From Hypanus sabinus (Eukaryota): a stretch of 64,000 nt of DNA. How positions within the stretch are numbered: the first letter of the stretch is position 1; every line of letters begins with the position of its first letter. Location of the stretch: NCBI RefSeq assembly GCF_030144855.1, contig NC_082731.1, positions 23,870,001 to 23,934,000 of the forward strand, written 5' to 3'. Made by a program: the position numbers and the translations under genes. Shown piece after piece: positions 53,251-64,000 of this stretch. The notes under the pieces are model-generated. The model searched no databases. It was not told the origin of the DNA and saw only the letters and a list, made by a program, of their open reading frames with translations.

Positions 53251-56054
53251 TTAATATTATTAGAGGAACGCCTGCCGGAAAACAGCAGAGATACGGTTAC
53301 TGACATTTGAGACTAGGCCAGCGGATCATAAAAGCAGAAGTCATTTGGTGATAGGTGTTTTAGTTCTTAGAAGAAGGTAGGCAGGATTCTGTGGAGGTGA
53401 AATAGAATCTCAAATTGTTTGCTGTGGCCAAGGTCCAGCGTCACCGAGGACTCAATTCTGATCCATGTATGTATTAGCAGGAAGAATGAGCAACCATAAT
53501 CCATGGTAAATATTGGTATCAAATATATTCGTAGTAGAAGGAAAAAGGTTAATAGAGACAATGCCGGTTTCGGGATAGGCTGCCCAATGGCAAGACATCA
53601 AATGTGTAAAATATTCGGATTTCTGTATGGGACACATGCCAGTGAGTTGCAGATTACGATGACATGGAGATGCTTGTGTAATGAATACAATCGGGTTGAA
53701 ATTCTAAACTGCAGAAACATCGATTTAAGTTATCAGAAATAATCAGACAAGTGTGGATTCGAGTACGTTGTTTTATGGCACAGGAATCCGACGAAAAAGT
53801 GCAACGTCTTCAAAATATTGTGAGTTGAATGTGCCTGTCGATTAAAGGGTGAAGACAACATTGTTAGGGAAACTTAGCTTTAAAGAGCGGTTGAAGAACT
53901 GATTGTGAAAGCAATAAGGAACATAGCCGGTATGGGTAAGCAGGTGCAAATGACATACTTACAGAGGTTCAGTAATGCTAGACCGCTCGTTGTAAACATA
54001 TAAGGTTGTTTAAATGAAGTCATGAATTTGTCCTAGACGGACAAAGTTAAAGAGATTTTTTAGGACATCTACTGACATGTTCAGAGAAAGAGGATTGCAT
54101 GAGAAAAAAAAAATAATCTTCCAGAAAATTAGAAAGAAATCTATGCCTGGAGGCAAAGAAGAACAGAAAGGACTTGATTCAGTTTCTTTGCATCTGTATT
54201 CACTCCTTAAATGGACAGAGAGTCTGCAGGGCCTATACGAAACTTTAGCGAGATTGTGAACTAAATGTTATGAATACAGTGAATGATAAGGAAGATTGTC
54301 CCCACAGGACGTGAGGAGGATCTGTTTTTTTTTCTCTTTTCTATCCGTTCTATGTTTCTAACATGATGTGTTAGCAAATGAGTTTCGAATGTAGAAAATC
54401 GGTTGTTGCAGTCACAGAACGTTTCACGATTTCTGGATTGCTGCTGGAATCGAATCATCCTACTTTCCATAATATAGCTATTATAGATAGGAAGTTTCTT
54501 CAAATGATTAATGCACCAGAAAATGCTGGGCATCATTTAACGAACAGCGATATTTCGATCTTGGTAACAGCTAGTAACACATGCAGACCAAGTGTGAAAA
54601 ATTGAATCCATCTTCTTCGCTTCAAAAAAGTTATTTAGTATAGGAATAACTTGCAGTTGCATTTAATTCATTTTGTACACTACAAGTATTTAAACAACAA
54701 ACAACAACAATGTGTGGATTAATAAATAGGGAACTAACTTAGAAAATTTGGACGTAAAACCAGTAAATTGCAGAATTGTTTTAGTAATATCGAGAATGCT
54801 TGGGATACACGTCATGCCTTTGCGGTACGAGTGCAAAATAAGAAAAAAATAAAAAACACAAAATAACTTTGGAAATTTGCAAGGAACTCATTCTCTGCGT
54901 AAAGGACGAAAAACAATGGAACAATCCGTCCTTGCAATAAATAAGCAACTTGAAGAGATACGAAATGTTATCACTAAAGACCACAGTAATATCGAGACTT
55001 GTAATTTCTGAATTTTTTCAAAGACAGGTGAGAACCCAATATCCATCTCTCACATGGGATATGTGTGATGATCTAACAAAATGAGGAAGAATCTTCTTTT
55101 CATTTGCCGAAAGTAGTGGGGCGACTCATTGGTAGACTCTCCCACATTATGTCATACAAAATCGATCACTACACTTAATATGACCTATCGATCTCAGCCA
55201 TGTTCTGACTACACACGTACTTAAAGGATAAAGCAGTGAATCAAAAACCGATCCATCTGCTTTGTCCAACCGTTTAGAAGGATCAGTGCATTTATTTGCC
55301 AAGACGAATAATTCAAATCGTCAAAAAAGGGATGTACATGGAACAATTATACGTGTTCGAAGGATAATTTGAGCATTAGGTTCAATATTTGAGTTGGATT
55401 TAAAAAATCAATAACACATGAATACCTATGAATGCAGTCATAAGAGCATTTCTTCCGGGCAAATATATGAAAGACACTGTCAACAGTCATACACAACTTA
55501 ATAAATAAGAAACGCATACAAGGTAAATTTAGATATTAGACAAAAAATAGTCCAAATCCCCCGAATAAATGAATGTTGTTGCTGTCTAGAGTCAAAATAA
55601 TACAGGTGGTAATCAGCTAGTTAAACACTGGAATGCAACACTGTCGCCAGCATGGTCTCCACGCAACGACTACTTCGTCTTCCTCCTCGTTTACTGCAAA
55701 GAGGAGAAGGCACAGTTTGAGGCCTGGACCTCGCTATGACCGAGGTTACATAATTGCCGGAATTAAACTGTAAACAGGACTTGCAACATTACAGACTATG
55801 AATGTCTAGTGTGTTCTTGCCGTTAAAAAAAACTACGAAGACAAGCACTAAATTTCTTCACATCGTGTCCCCGTACCGATCCCGAAGCTAATCCGTATCT
55901 GGTCGTAACGTACTCCGTATGAAGTCCAGCTACACTACTTTCTCTGCAAACAACGATCTCCCGACAGGTAGACATACAGTATTCCAAGTACTTAACGTGC
56001 AAGAGAGGATTCGAATAGTAAATAAATAAACACATGCATACATAAATAAACATG

Positions 56055-56116
<62 letters not shown>
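56055..56116. repeat. (GATA)n microsatellite
   Basis: Directly visible. Confidence 0.97.
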
Positions 56117-57074
56117 CGTAGATAAATAATCCAACCAATAAATAAATGCACATATACACACTGTGCAGTCTACGGATTCAAATTTTACGTTTGGCAGACG
56201 TGTTCAATACTCCTTTAAATCGGATAATTGCAACAATAAGTGTGTGAGCAATCAATCAGAACTGTACAAGTTCATCCTTTCAACATTTTATAGCCATAGA
56301 ATCTATATAATGCTCATTTACAGAAGACCTTCCCTTTTTAAGCATAAGCAAATTGTGCAGCACAAGCACAAATAGAATATCGATATTTCTAATTCATCAT
56401 GTGCGTACGGAGCCGCAACATCTTGAGCTGTAGCAAATATTGCATGAGCCAAATTCTCTTTGAATGTCGGTGAAAGATTCGACAGCGGTAGAGCTGAAAA
56501 CTTATGCAAACGAGCACTACGTTCATTGGATGCATTTCGGAACATGGGAATACAGTTGAAAGTGCTCATGCATTCATCGAAAATTACCTGCAGAACGTCT
56601 CGCGAGAAACTGTACAAGGGCACATCCTTCAATTCTACTCATTGCAGTTCAGTACAGCCACAGTCTGAAGCTGGAGGTGCAGAACTCACCTCACAGTTGT
56701 GTGCAAAATAAAATGTTGATTGCGCCGACTTTAAGAGTGCTTGCATGGCCAAGTCGTTATACAATTAATTTTATTAGTTGTATTATTTTCTACTATGACA
56801 AACTTTACTTTTAAGACATGTGAGGTAAAGTATGATATTTGTCTCACTGAGCCACATCGAGGGAGTCTCAGAAACAATTACGTTAGATCAGGCGGATATC
56901 GAGGTATTGAAGAATCGCCGAATGCTCCTGTAAAATATTTTAAAAAAACAGGAACAGTTAGGAGTTTGGAATTCAACCAAAGCTACGCACATTTTTATTT
57001 AAAAGTGCACTCATTTAGTGCATGAAGCGTTGAATATTATGATTAATCATTCACACAACGTAGACACTAGTTTA

Positions 57075-57210
57075 GATACTGTCCTGACGAACGGTCTCGG
57101 CCCGAAACGTTGACTGCTCATTTCAATGGATACTGCCCGATCTGCTGAGCTCATCCAGCTTTTCTACGTCCTGATTTGTCCACAGCATCAGCAGTGCACT
57201 TTGTATTTAG
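57075..57210 (+). mobile_element. Penelope-associated 3' tail / short repeat
   Basis: gacgaacggtctcggcccgaaacgttgac..., similar to 34520-34620. Confidence 0.55.
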
Positions 57211-60200
57211 TTTAGATACAGAACATGAGTTGAGAAATGAATTCATCCTGTTTGTGTTTGGATATCTGTTATGATATCAAGAACGGGGCATTAACTGGTG
57301 TATGATGTTCTGATCTAAGACAGTTGGCACTATTACAGCATAACCTTCTGCCTTGACATTCGCTGATTTGTTCTGCTACTTCGTTTTTCCTTCCAACTCC
57401 CAGAATCTCACAGAGATTTAGAGCAATGTGGAACTACAGCGCGGAAAGCAATCTTAAATGGGGTCATCACACCCTTGTTCACCACTGCTGTTGGCAGATT
57501 GTTCTACTCTTGCCACCCGAAGAATGGTTTCCTCCTCATGACCACTAGAAAAAAAAAACATATTACTCTTACCCATGACCGTTAGTTGTAAATTTTCGCA
57601 ACTTCGGAAGGGAAAAAAGTCTCTTTGCATTGAAACTACCTGATTCCCTCGTAGATTTCTACAGCTTAATAAAATGTCCATACGGAGCTCCAGGGAAACA
57701 TGTGATAATATTTCACAGTTGTCCCCTTTCCGTAGGTCCAAAGGAAACGGCACCATTGTTTTCATCTTCACTGAAGTTTTGATGATGTAAAAAATAATTC
57801 AAAACTATCCACTCATGATCTCCCCCGTCAAATCTGTGTGCATGGGATGACGATCACATTGTTCGTCAAGATTGCCTCTTGATATGCTTCTGTGTCCTTT
57901 TATATGTAAAAACCCCTAGAAATCACTTTTCCGTTGTTTGTTAAAGCAGCCCCATGCATTCTGTTTATGTCTCTCTTTGACTTGTTTTTCACTTTTTGTA
58001 GCATCACGCACAGTACCTGACTTGCTGTAAGCGCTTACCCACTGTGAACCTCGTTCTTCGATTTAATAAGGGCCACAATATCCTAGAAAACAAACGGTCG
58101 CTAAATTTGCTTTGCATTGCTTACATACAGGTTATACAGGGTACCTTCGGAAATATTCGGTGACTGCTGAAAGATTAAAATTTACTATATTCTGCAAAGC
58201 GGTCCATGTTTCTATGATAAAGGAAGATGTAGTTTAGCTGAGAGATTAGGGAGAAACGTCCTTTAAAGAATCATACTAACAGAGACGCGAAAATGTATGA
58301 GCCACCCGAAGGAATAGTGGACGACTTGTGAGAGATTGCGAGCTGTAGAGTCGCCGAGAATGGATATAAACACTTCGCTTCCCGTATCAGTTTTTTTTTT
58401 CCCCCCGGATGTCCCACTCTTCTTCCCATGAACAGACGGGCGAGTATTTGATTGCTGCAAAGTAAATTGTAAACTGTTTTCTAAATGCAAATAATGGAGA
58501 GAACGATGTGTTCTGTCCATACATCTTTCTTAGTACATCGAAACAGTCACGAGAAAACGGGATAATTAGGCATAGAGTTTAAAGCGAAATTCTCACTGTA
58601 GATGCGACTGATAATATCGGATTGCATCTTGAGTGTTTTTGGAAATATAAGATATATCAATATAAATGTGCGGTTAACGATCGATTATGCACTTATTTAT
58701 GTACCGTATATCTGAATGAATACACGTTTGCTAAAAAGAAGATATTTTCAACATCTTTTTAGTTGTTTATCTCACGGCACAGCACAGAATCGACCATTAC
58801 AGTCCATTCGAAATACCTAACCACACAGTTGACTGAAAACCCCAATTTATCCAGCAGCTATTCAAAAGGCATTTTAAAATGACTACTTCAGCCAGGCGAT
58901 ACGTATTTGAAATGTGGAAGGGTACCAGAACATCCGATCAACACTCGTGCATTCCATGGCCAGGACGGGCAGACTACTTACAGTTTACCTGGAATTGAAC
59001 TCCGAAATCTTTCTCCCTGAATTGTAATAGAGTTGAGTTAACAGCTACACTACCAAAGCATATAAAACCACAGGTTTACGTTAAAATAGCATTTTTGCAG
59101 AAATTCATTTATTTAGAAAGACAATGTATCAGAACTATAAACTAGTAGCGGCAATCGGTTTGTTTTGTTGTCCAATATAGAGAACCAGGTATTCATTCTA
59201 ATCAATGTGTCTTTGCATGGGGATCCCAATCGGAGCAAGTTCCTGCTCGGACTAAATTGATGCAAATTAAGGAAATGCCAAAACCTAAGTTATCTCTTAT
59301 GAGTGGCAGGAATTACGACCTTTCCTCCCAAATAGTAACGGCCGGATGTTTACATTTGCAAACCCTCTCCTAGTCACTCGAATCCCTCCAATTATGTAAA
59401 TCCAATTAATCGGAATATCAAGTATTTATCAAAACAATGCAGTTTCATTTTAATAGGTTTCATGGTATGAGTCGAATGTGAACACAAAAGATGACATCTC
59501 AATGCCTAGCGACTGCATGTTAAGACTCTTTGGAGAAACATTTTACACGCGTCGAAGATACACTCAGGCTCTGTATAATTGCATCGTGATAAGGACACGG
59601 GAGTGGATATGACAGAAAAGGAATGATATCTGTATATCCTGTTGTCGTATAGATCTGAAGAAATAGATTATGATTTTAACTTTGGAAATAGTTTATTACA
59701 TATATACATTATACTAAATCGCATATAAGGAAACCTTACCCTATACTCAAGCAGTTTAATTAATATTAGCAATATTATTGTATAAAGATCTAACCCACTA
59801 CCGTTGACTGAAGCTGATCTGTAAATAAAAAAAGGGAAGATATTAGACATCATCTGTGCTTTAACAGCAAATCAAGGGGTTTGAGTATAATTCCGAAAAT
59901 GTCGCAACGATGTTCGAAATTCTTGACTAGATTCAGAGATTGAATATGGGAAGATTCTCTAAATTTAAACATAAGATCATATCACCTAACTATTCGGCAT
60001 AAATAGTGGGGGGCAGTATCTTTCCATTTAAGCAAGAGCGTCCTTCGGTGCATAAGAGAAATAAAAGCCAAAATGTGCAAGTCAGATGACTCCAAAATGA
60101 TATCCTTTCCTGCAAAGATACCAAATAAAGCGGTGAAAGGAATAGGGTTACAGTTTATTTTGAATAAAATAATCGAGGAAGTTTTAAATAGTTCTTTCCA

Positions 60201-60859
60201 ATATTTTCCATTAATCGGACATGTCCAAAACATATAAATGAGTGAAGTTTCTACATTATTACATTTATCTCAATACGGAGACATATCCATGTAAAAACGA
60301 GACAGCTTATCCTTCGTCATATGGGCTCTATGTAATTGCAACACTTCAAAATCCTGGAACCTTTGCGCTACTTTCCTTTCGCCGTTTCCTCCACACAACG
60401 TATTTGCAATTTTGCTACATTCATATGATTGTTAGATTGCATGTAACGCATAGATGTGGCATAAAATGTATTAGGATCCAAGATCGCAATGAGCACCCTG
60501 AATGAGTTCAATGTCCTAACTCGTTTCCCATGTTTTATGGACTTGTAGTATCAAATGCGAATTTACTAAAGGAAATAATGTCTTTTCGCTCCAGGAGTAA
60601 AGTCTGGAGAGATTTGTGTCTTCCCTTTTCACAGACGAAATGGTGGAAGAAGTCCGCAGATCGACTGCTAACCTGGAGATAATGTTTCGAGCCAAGAACT
60701 TCCATCAGAACATAATCGTTTCCTCCAGCATATTTTGGGAGTTGATTTTGGTACTTTTGTTTTATCTATCACCATTCTACGAAAAATTACACCGCACTGC
60801 GGTTTCGTGCTGTTGAAGCCGTGCTCGGCAGCGGTGTATTTACATGATGCTGCTAAATG

Positions 60860-60898
60860 AGTTTTTGTATTGTTCTTTCGCTGTTCAGCAGCACTGTG
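60860..60898 (-). promoter_or_regulatory. Second, tandem 23-RSS downstream of supporting V, cassette 2
   Basis: CACAGTG, 23 nt (CTGCTGAACAGCGAAAGAACAAT), ACAAAAACT. Confidence 0.8.
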
Positions 60899-60959
60899 TG
60901 CTTGCAACAAGAGGCACACTGGTTCTTGTAGAGCGCTGTCCATTTGCGGCATCACAGTG

Positions 60960-61262
60960 CTGGGAACGGGCTAATTGCGCAGTAATACACTGCAGCGTCG
61001 CTCAGTTGCACTTTTGAGATCGTCATCTGGCTGATTTTCTTATTAGGATCTAGAACAGCGGTAATACGTTCACCGGCGATTTTTATTTCATCTTGTTCTC
61101 CAAAAGTTTGTCCCTGGAGCAGATGTCTGAGTGGCTGTCCTGGAAGCTGTCGATACCAGTGTAACGTTTTGCGACAATGCCCATTATAATTACACTTTAA
61201 TCTGACGTTGCCAGCAAGAGTAGTTTGTAGTTCAGGTATCTGAGACGGTGGAGAAATTGATT
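60960..61262 (-). CDS. STCRDV: Leaderless supporting TCR-delta V exon, cassette 2
   Basis: 303-nt open exon after cctacAG. I count 9 nt differences from cassette 1, 5 of them amino acid changes (RQLPGQPLRHLL, ISKVQL). CDR1 Cys retained. RSS is CACTGTG-23-ACAAGAACC at 60921-60959. Confidence 0.93.
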
Positions 61263-63199
61263 CTGTAGGAATGTAAAGGAAGATTATTGCTGTTTAACCT
61301 ATGTCTATCAGATAAAATAGTCCCAAATACGATAAAGAAACTTTGTATTTTCGCAAGCATATGTCATTTAAAATGTATCTAATTTGAAATATTTATTGTC
61401 ACTTCTGTTTACTGTAAGAAATTAGTGCAGTGTAAATATCAGGAATACATAGCATTTGGAGGCCGCATTGCTGTTCAGAAAGTGTTTGATACTGTGAGAA
61501 CCTATGTGGAAGAAAGTAACAGATTTCATGGAGCAATTTTGTCGAGCCAACAAATTCATAAAGGGAGGAACTCACTTTGTTTCAGTTCTATGCTGATTTT
61601 TTTCATATCCATTTCCCCATTATGGATTGTAGCCTGTGCCTCATCATGGACTGTAGCTTGTCATCACATTAATGAGATTGAAGCGTGCAGACTGGTCAGA
61701 ATTTTCTAAGCAGCTGAAGACTGAGACGAATTTCCAAGCGGACTTTAGCAGGTGCTCATATAAAGGTACGGTTCCCTAAACATTTCTTATATTTTTTAAG
61801 CAGTTCGTATGACATTTTTGGACCTATCTGAGAATTAATTGGAGAAAACTATGTTCATTGTTTCCTGCATGTCAGTGGCTCATATGTTTTATTTCTGCTT
61901 GCGGTTTATGCCTTAATCTGATGACAACATTTCCCACGTACATGACGGTGGTCGGTTGGATTCATTCTAAGAAGATTAGATAGGCATTTAAATCTTATTA
62001 TCTTCTGCCAATTTCGACTGCATCTCCCTCCGTTATTTCCGTTTGCCGCTTTGTCATTCTATGCACTGGATGTAGATTCATTCTACGGAATCACATAACA
62101 CAAGAAAATACTTAATCTTCCAGTTACTCTGCTTCATCATACGGGCATCGATACAGATCTCTAAAGCCTACCACAACGTACACAATTGCATTCCTACATT
62201 CTATGAATTAATCAGCCTCCTCTCATTCTGTAACCTTTCGTGAGGTGCTCCTGACCTTCGTTCTATCGCATGTAGGTCTCTCAGTAACAGTAATTCTGCT
62301 GATAACTATTCAGGCTAACCGAATGGCGACGCTGTATTGTTATAAAGAAATGGCTTCTCTGTAATATTACTTAATGCTTTGGTAGGTTTCTGTATCTAGA
62401 ATATTTGTGTTATGACTGTAGATAAGGGGGTGAACTAACCAAAGGAGAATTGTTATGCTATCTTGCATGTGTAAGCTGAGTTGTGGTTCGCAATCTTTTT
62501 CGGGAGGGGAGCAAGGAGGACGGACGTGTGAGGGGCGGCTAGCGGTTCCAGGGCGGCGGATAATGGACGTCAGCGGTTCGAACGATATCTCGGAAGTCTC
62601 GGAAGGCCGTTGTGGATGGAACCGGCAGAGTGATCTCAAATACATTAAAATATTACGTGCAAAAACTGATAAACTTCCTGATTTGGCGAATTTAGGTTAT
62701 TTGTTTCTCGTAACCCATCACTATGAAATAAGTATAAAGTCGCAATTAGTTACTCATCTTTGGTGTATGGTCTGATATTTGTGTTGCGTGCTTGTACTGG
62801 GTGGATGGAGGCATTTCATAGTGTTTACACAGAAGTACTGCGCTATTGGCGGGGCGACGGCAGTTCACCGTAATTGAACGGGGGTAATTTGAGGGCACAG
62901 ATGCTACACGTACTTATTAATTTTGGGGGTTTGGGCATTATAGGCAGCGCCAACTGTATTGTTCATCAGCAGCAATAATTTGCAAACTCTCGATGTTCTG
63001 AGAATGTGTACAGTAAAGGTTCATCCAGATGAAAGACACCCAGTGCTTAATTTGCCTCTGACACAGTTTTCAGAAACCAAATTTGACTGGGAACACATTT
63101 AGAGTTAAATGATTTTACTTTAATCATTCGATCGTCTGTTCGATAACACCAAAAATGGGCGAGACATTGTAAGGAATGACAATGTTTGTGGACACTTAC

Positions 63200-63257
63200 C
63201 GGGCTCGACCGTGACCGTTGTCCCCTTTCCTTCATGTGTATAAGTCTTCCAGTCATA
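63200..63257 (-). CDS. NTCRJ: NAR-TCR J segment, cassette 2 (YDWKTYTHEGKGTTVTVEP)
   Basis: 56/58 nt identical to J1, with a G|GTAAGT donor. RSS is CACAATG-23-ACAACAACT at 63258-63296. Confidence 0.92.
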
Positions 63258-63671
63258 CACAATGATCCTGTTCTCAGTCTCCCCAATACAACAACTACAC
63301 TCACGTGAATATGCTTAGAATCGTCACAATTGGTTTTCCAATGTTTCCAGTGTCGTTAATTCAACAGATAGCATGTTGCATTCCGCATTTTCTGGCAGGT
63401 CAACATGCTCTTTGAAAGAGAAAAAAACAAAAACACAACCAAATTAAGATAAATAGCAGACCGATTCCGAGATGGAAAAAAAACATAGCAAACTTTTCAA
63501 ACAAAAACATTTATGAAACACGGAAATAAGAAATAATCTAATCAGACTACTGAGCAAACATTGTCGGGTTTGTATATTTTGTACAGTACATGCAGAACAC
63601 CTGCTTTAAAATCTTTTGTTTTATTTATACATAAAAAACATTCTTAAATTGTTCAGATCTCTTCGACTGTG

Positions 63672-63687
63672 TGTACCCAATGAAGTA
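63672..63687 (-). other. NTCRD: NAR-TCR D segment, cassette 2 (TACTTCATTGGGTACA)
   Basis: 3' RSS is CACAGTC-12-ACAATTTAA (63644-63671). 5' RSS is CACAGTA-12-CCCAAATCC (63688-63715). Positional paralogue of D1. Frames: YFIGY, TSLGT, LHWV. Confidence 0.83.
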
Positions 63688-64000
63688 CACAGTACCTCAG
63701 GTGAATCCCAAATCCCCCGAGGAATCGTTGAGAAAAGCGAGCAGGAATTAAATCCCAGCGATGGCGTTATCCGGTACCAAGTGCTCAGGATCGATTCGTC
63801 TGTCGTTGGCAACAAATGTGTGCTGTGTGTTTTTTAAATCTCTGTGGAATTGTATTGGCACAAACTTCAGAGCACCCACGTTCCCGCGACTGTAGAAGTA
63901 TTTTGACTGAACGTGATTAATAAAATATAAAACTGACAGTTAGCTAGACTGTAAGACGGATCGGAAAGAGGGATGTTAACTTTACCGGCATACCCATTTT

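Larger units (their letters stand above)
57655..64000. repeat. Segmental duplication unit B, copy 2
   Basis: Collinear with 6285-12416 except for a ~440-bp inversion and ~200 bp of extra sequence in the J to supporting-V intron. Confidence 0.95.

Noticed and set aside
54960-55030. IQKLQVS/YYCGL fragment on the minus strand
   Set aside because: Motifs fall in different frames, with no upstream V framework or RSS.
55860-55910. FGIGTGTR J-like reading
   Set aside because: No RSS, no donor, and the terminal residues do not fit.
56741-57025. 94-aa ORF with a signal-peptide-like N-terminus
   Set aside because: No recognisable domain, splice context or paralogue support in AT-rich DNA.

Overview
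Vertebrate genomic DNA, almost certainly from a cartilaginous fish (inferred from gene content and repeat families), inside the T-cell receptor delta locus. The only intact coding elements I can support are NAR-TCR rearranging segments on the minus strand. Cassette 1 is complete: leader exon (12921-12963), NAR-type V exon with a 22-spacer RSS (12489-12782), one D with 12/12 RSS (12085-12100), J with a 23-RSS and phase-1 donor (11609-11666), and a leaderless supporting TCR-delta V with a CDR1 cysteine and 23-RSS (9596-9898). Cassette 2 is a paralogue (supporting V 60960-61262, J 63200-63257, D 63672-63687) whose NAR V should lie just beyond the window end. Both supporting Vs carry an unexplained second, near-consensus 23-RSS just 3' of the first, separated from it by a D-like 16-mer. 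A heavily decayed TCR-type V pseudogene occurs twice (4557-4888 and 24348-24664). The two cassette copies differ by a ~31-kb block and by a ~440-bp intronic inversion. The rest is repeat-rich (CR1, Rex1/Babar, Penelope-like, Gypsy, BEL/Pao, hAT-like, SINE, microsatellites) with four N-gaps. Most ORFs in the supplied track are spurious or transposon remnants. All identities quoted were counted or estimated by eye.
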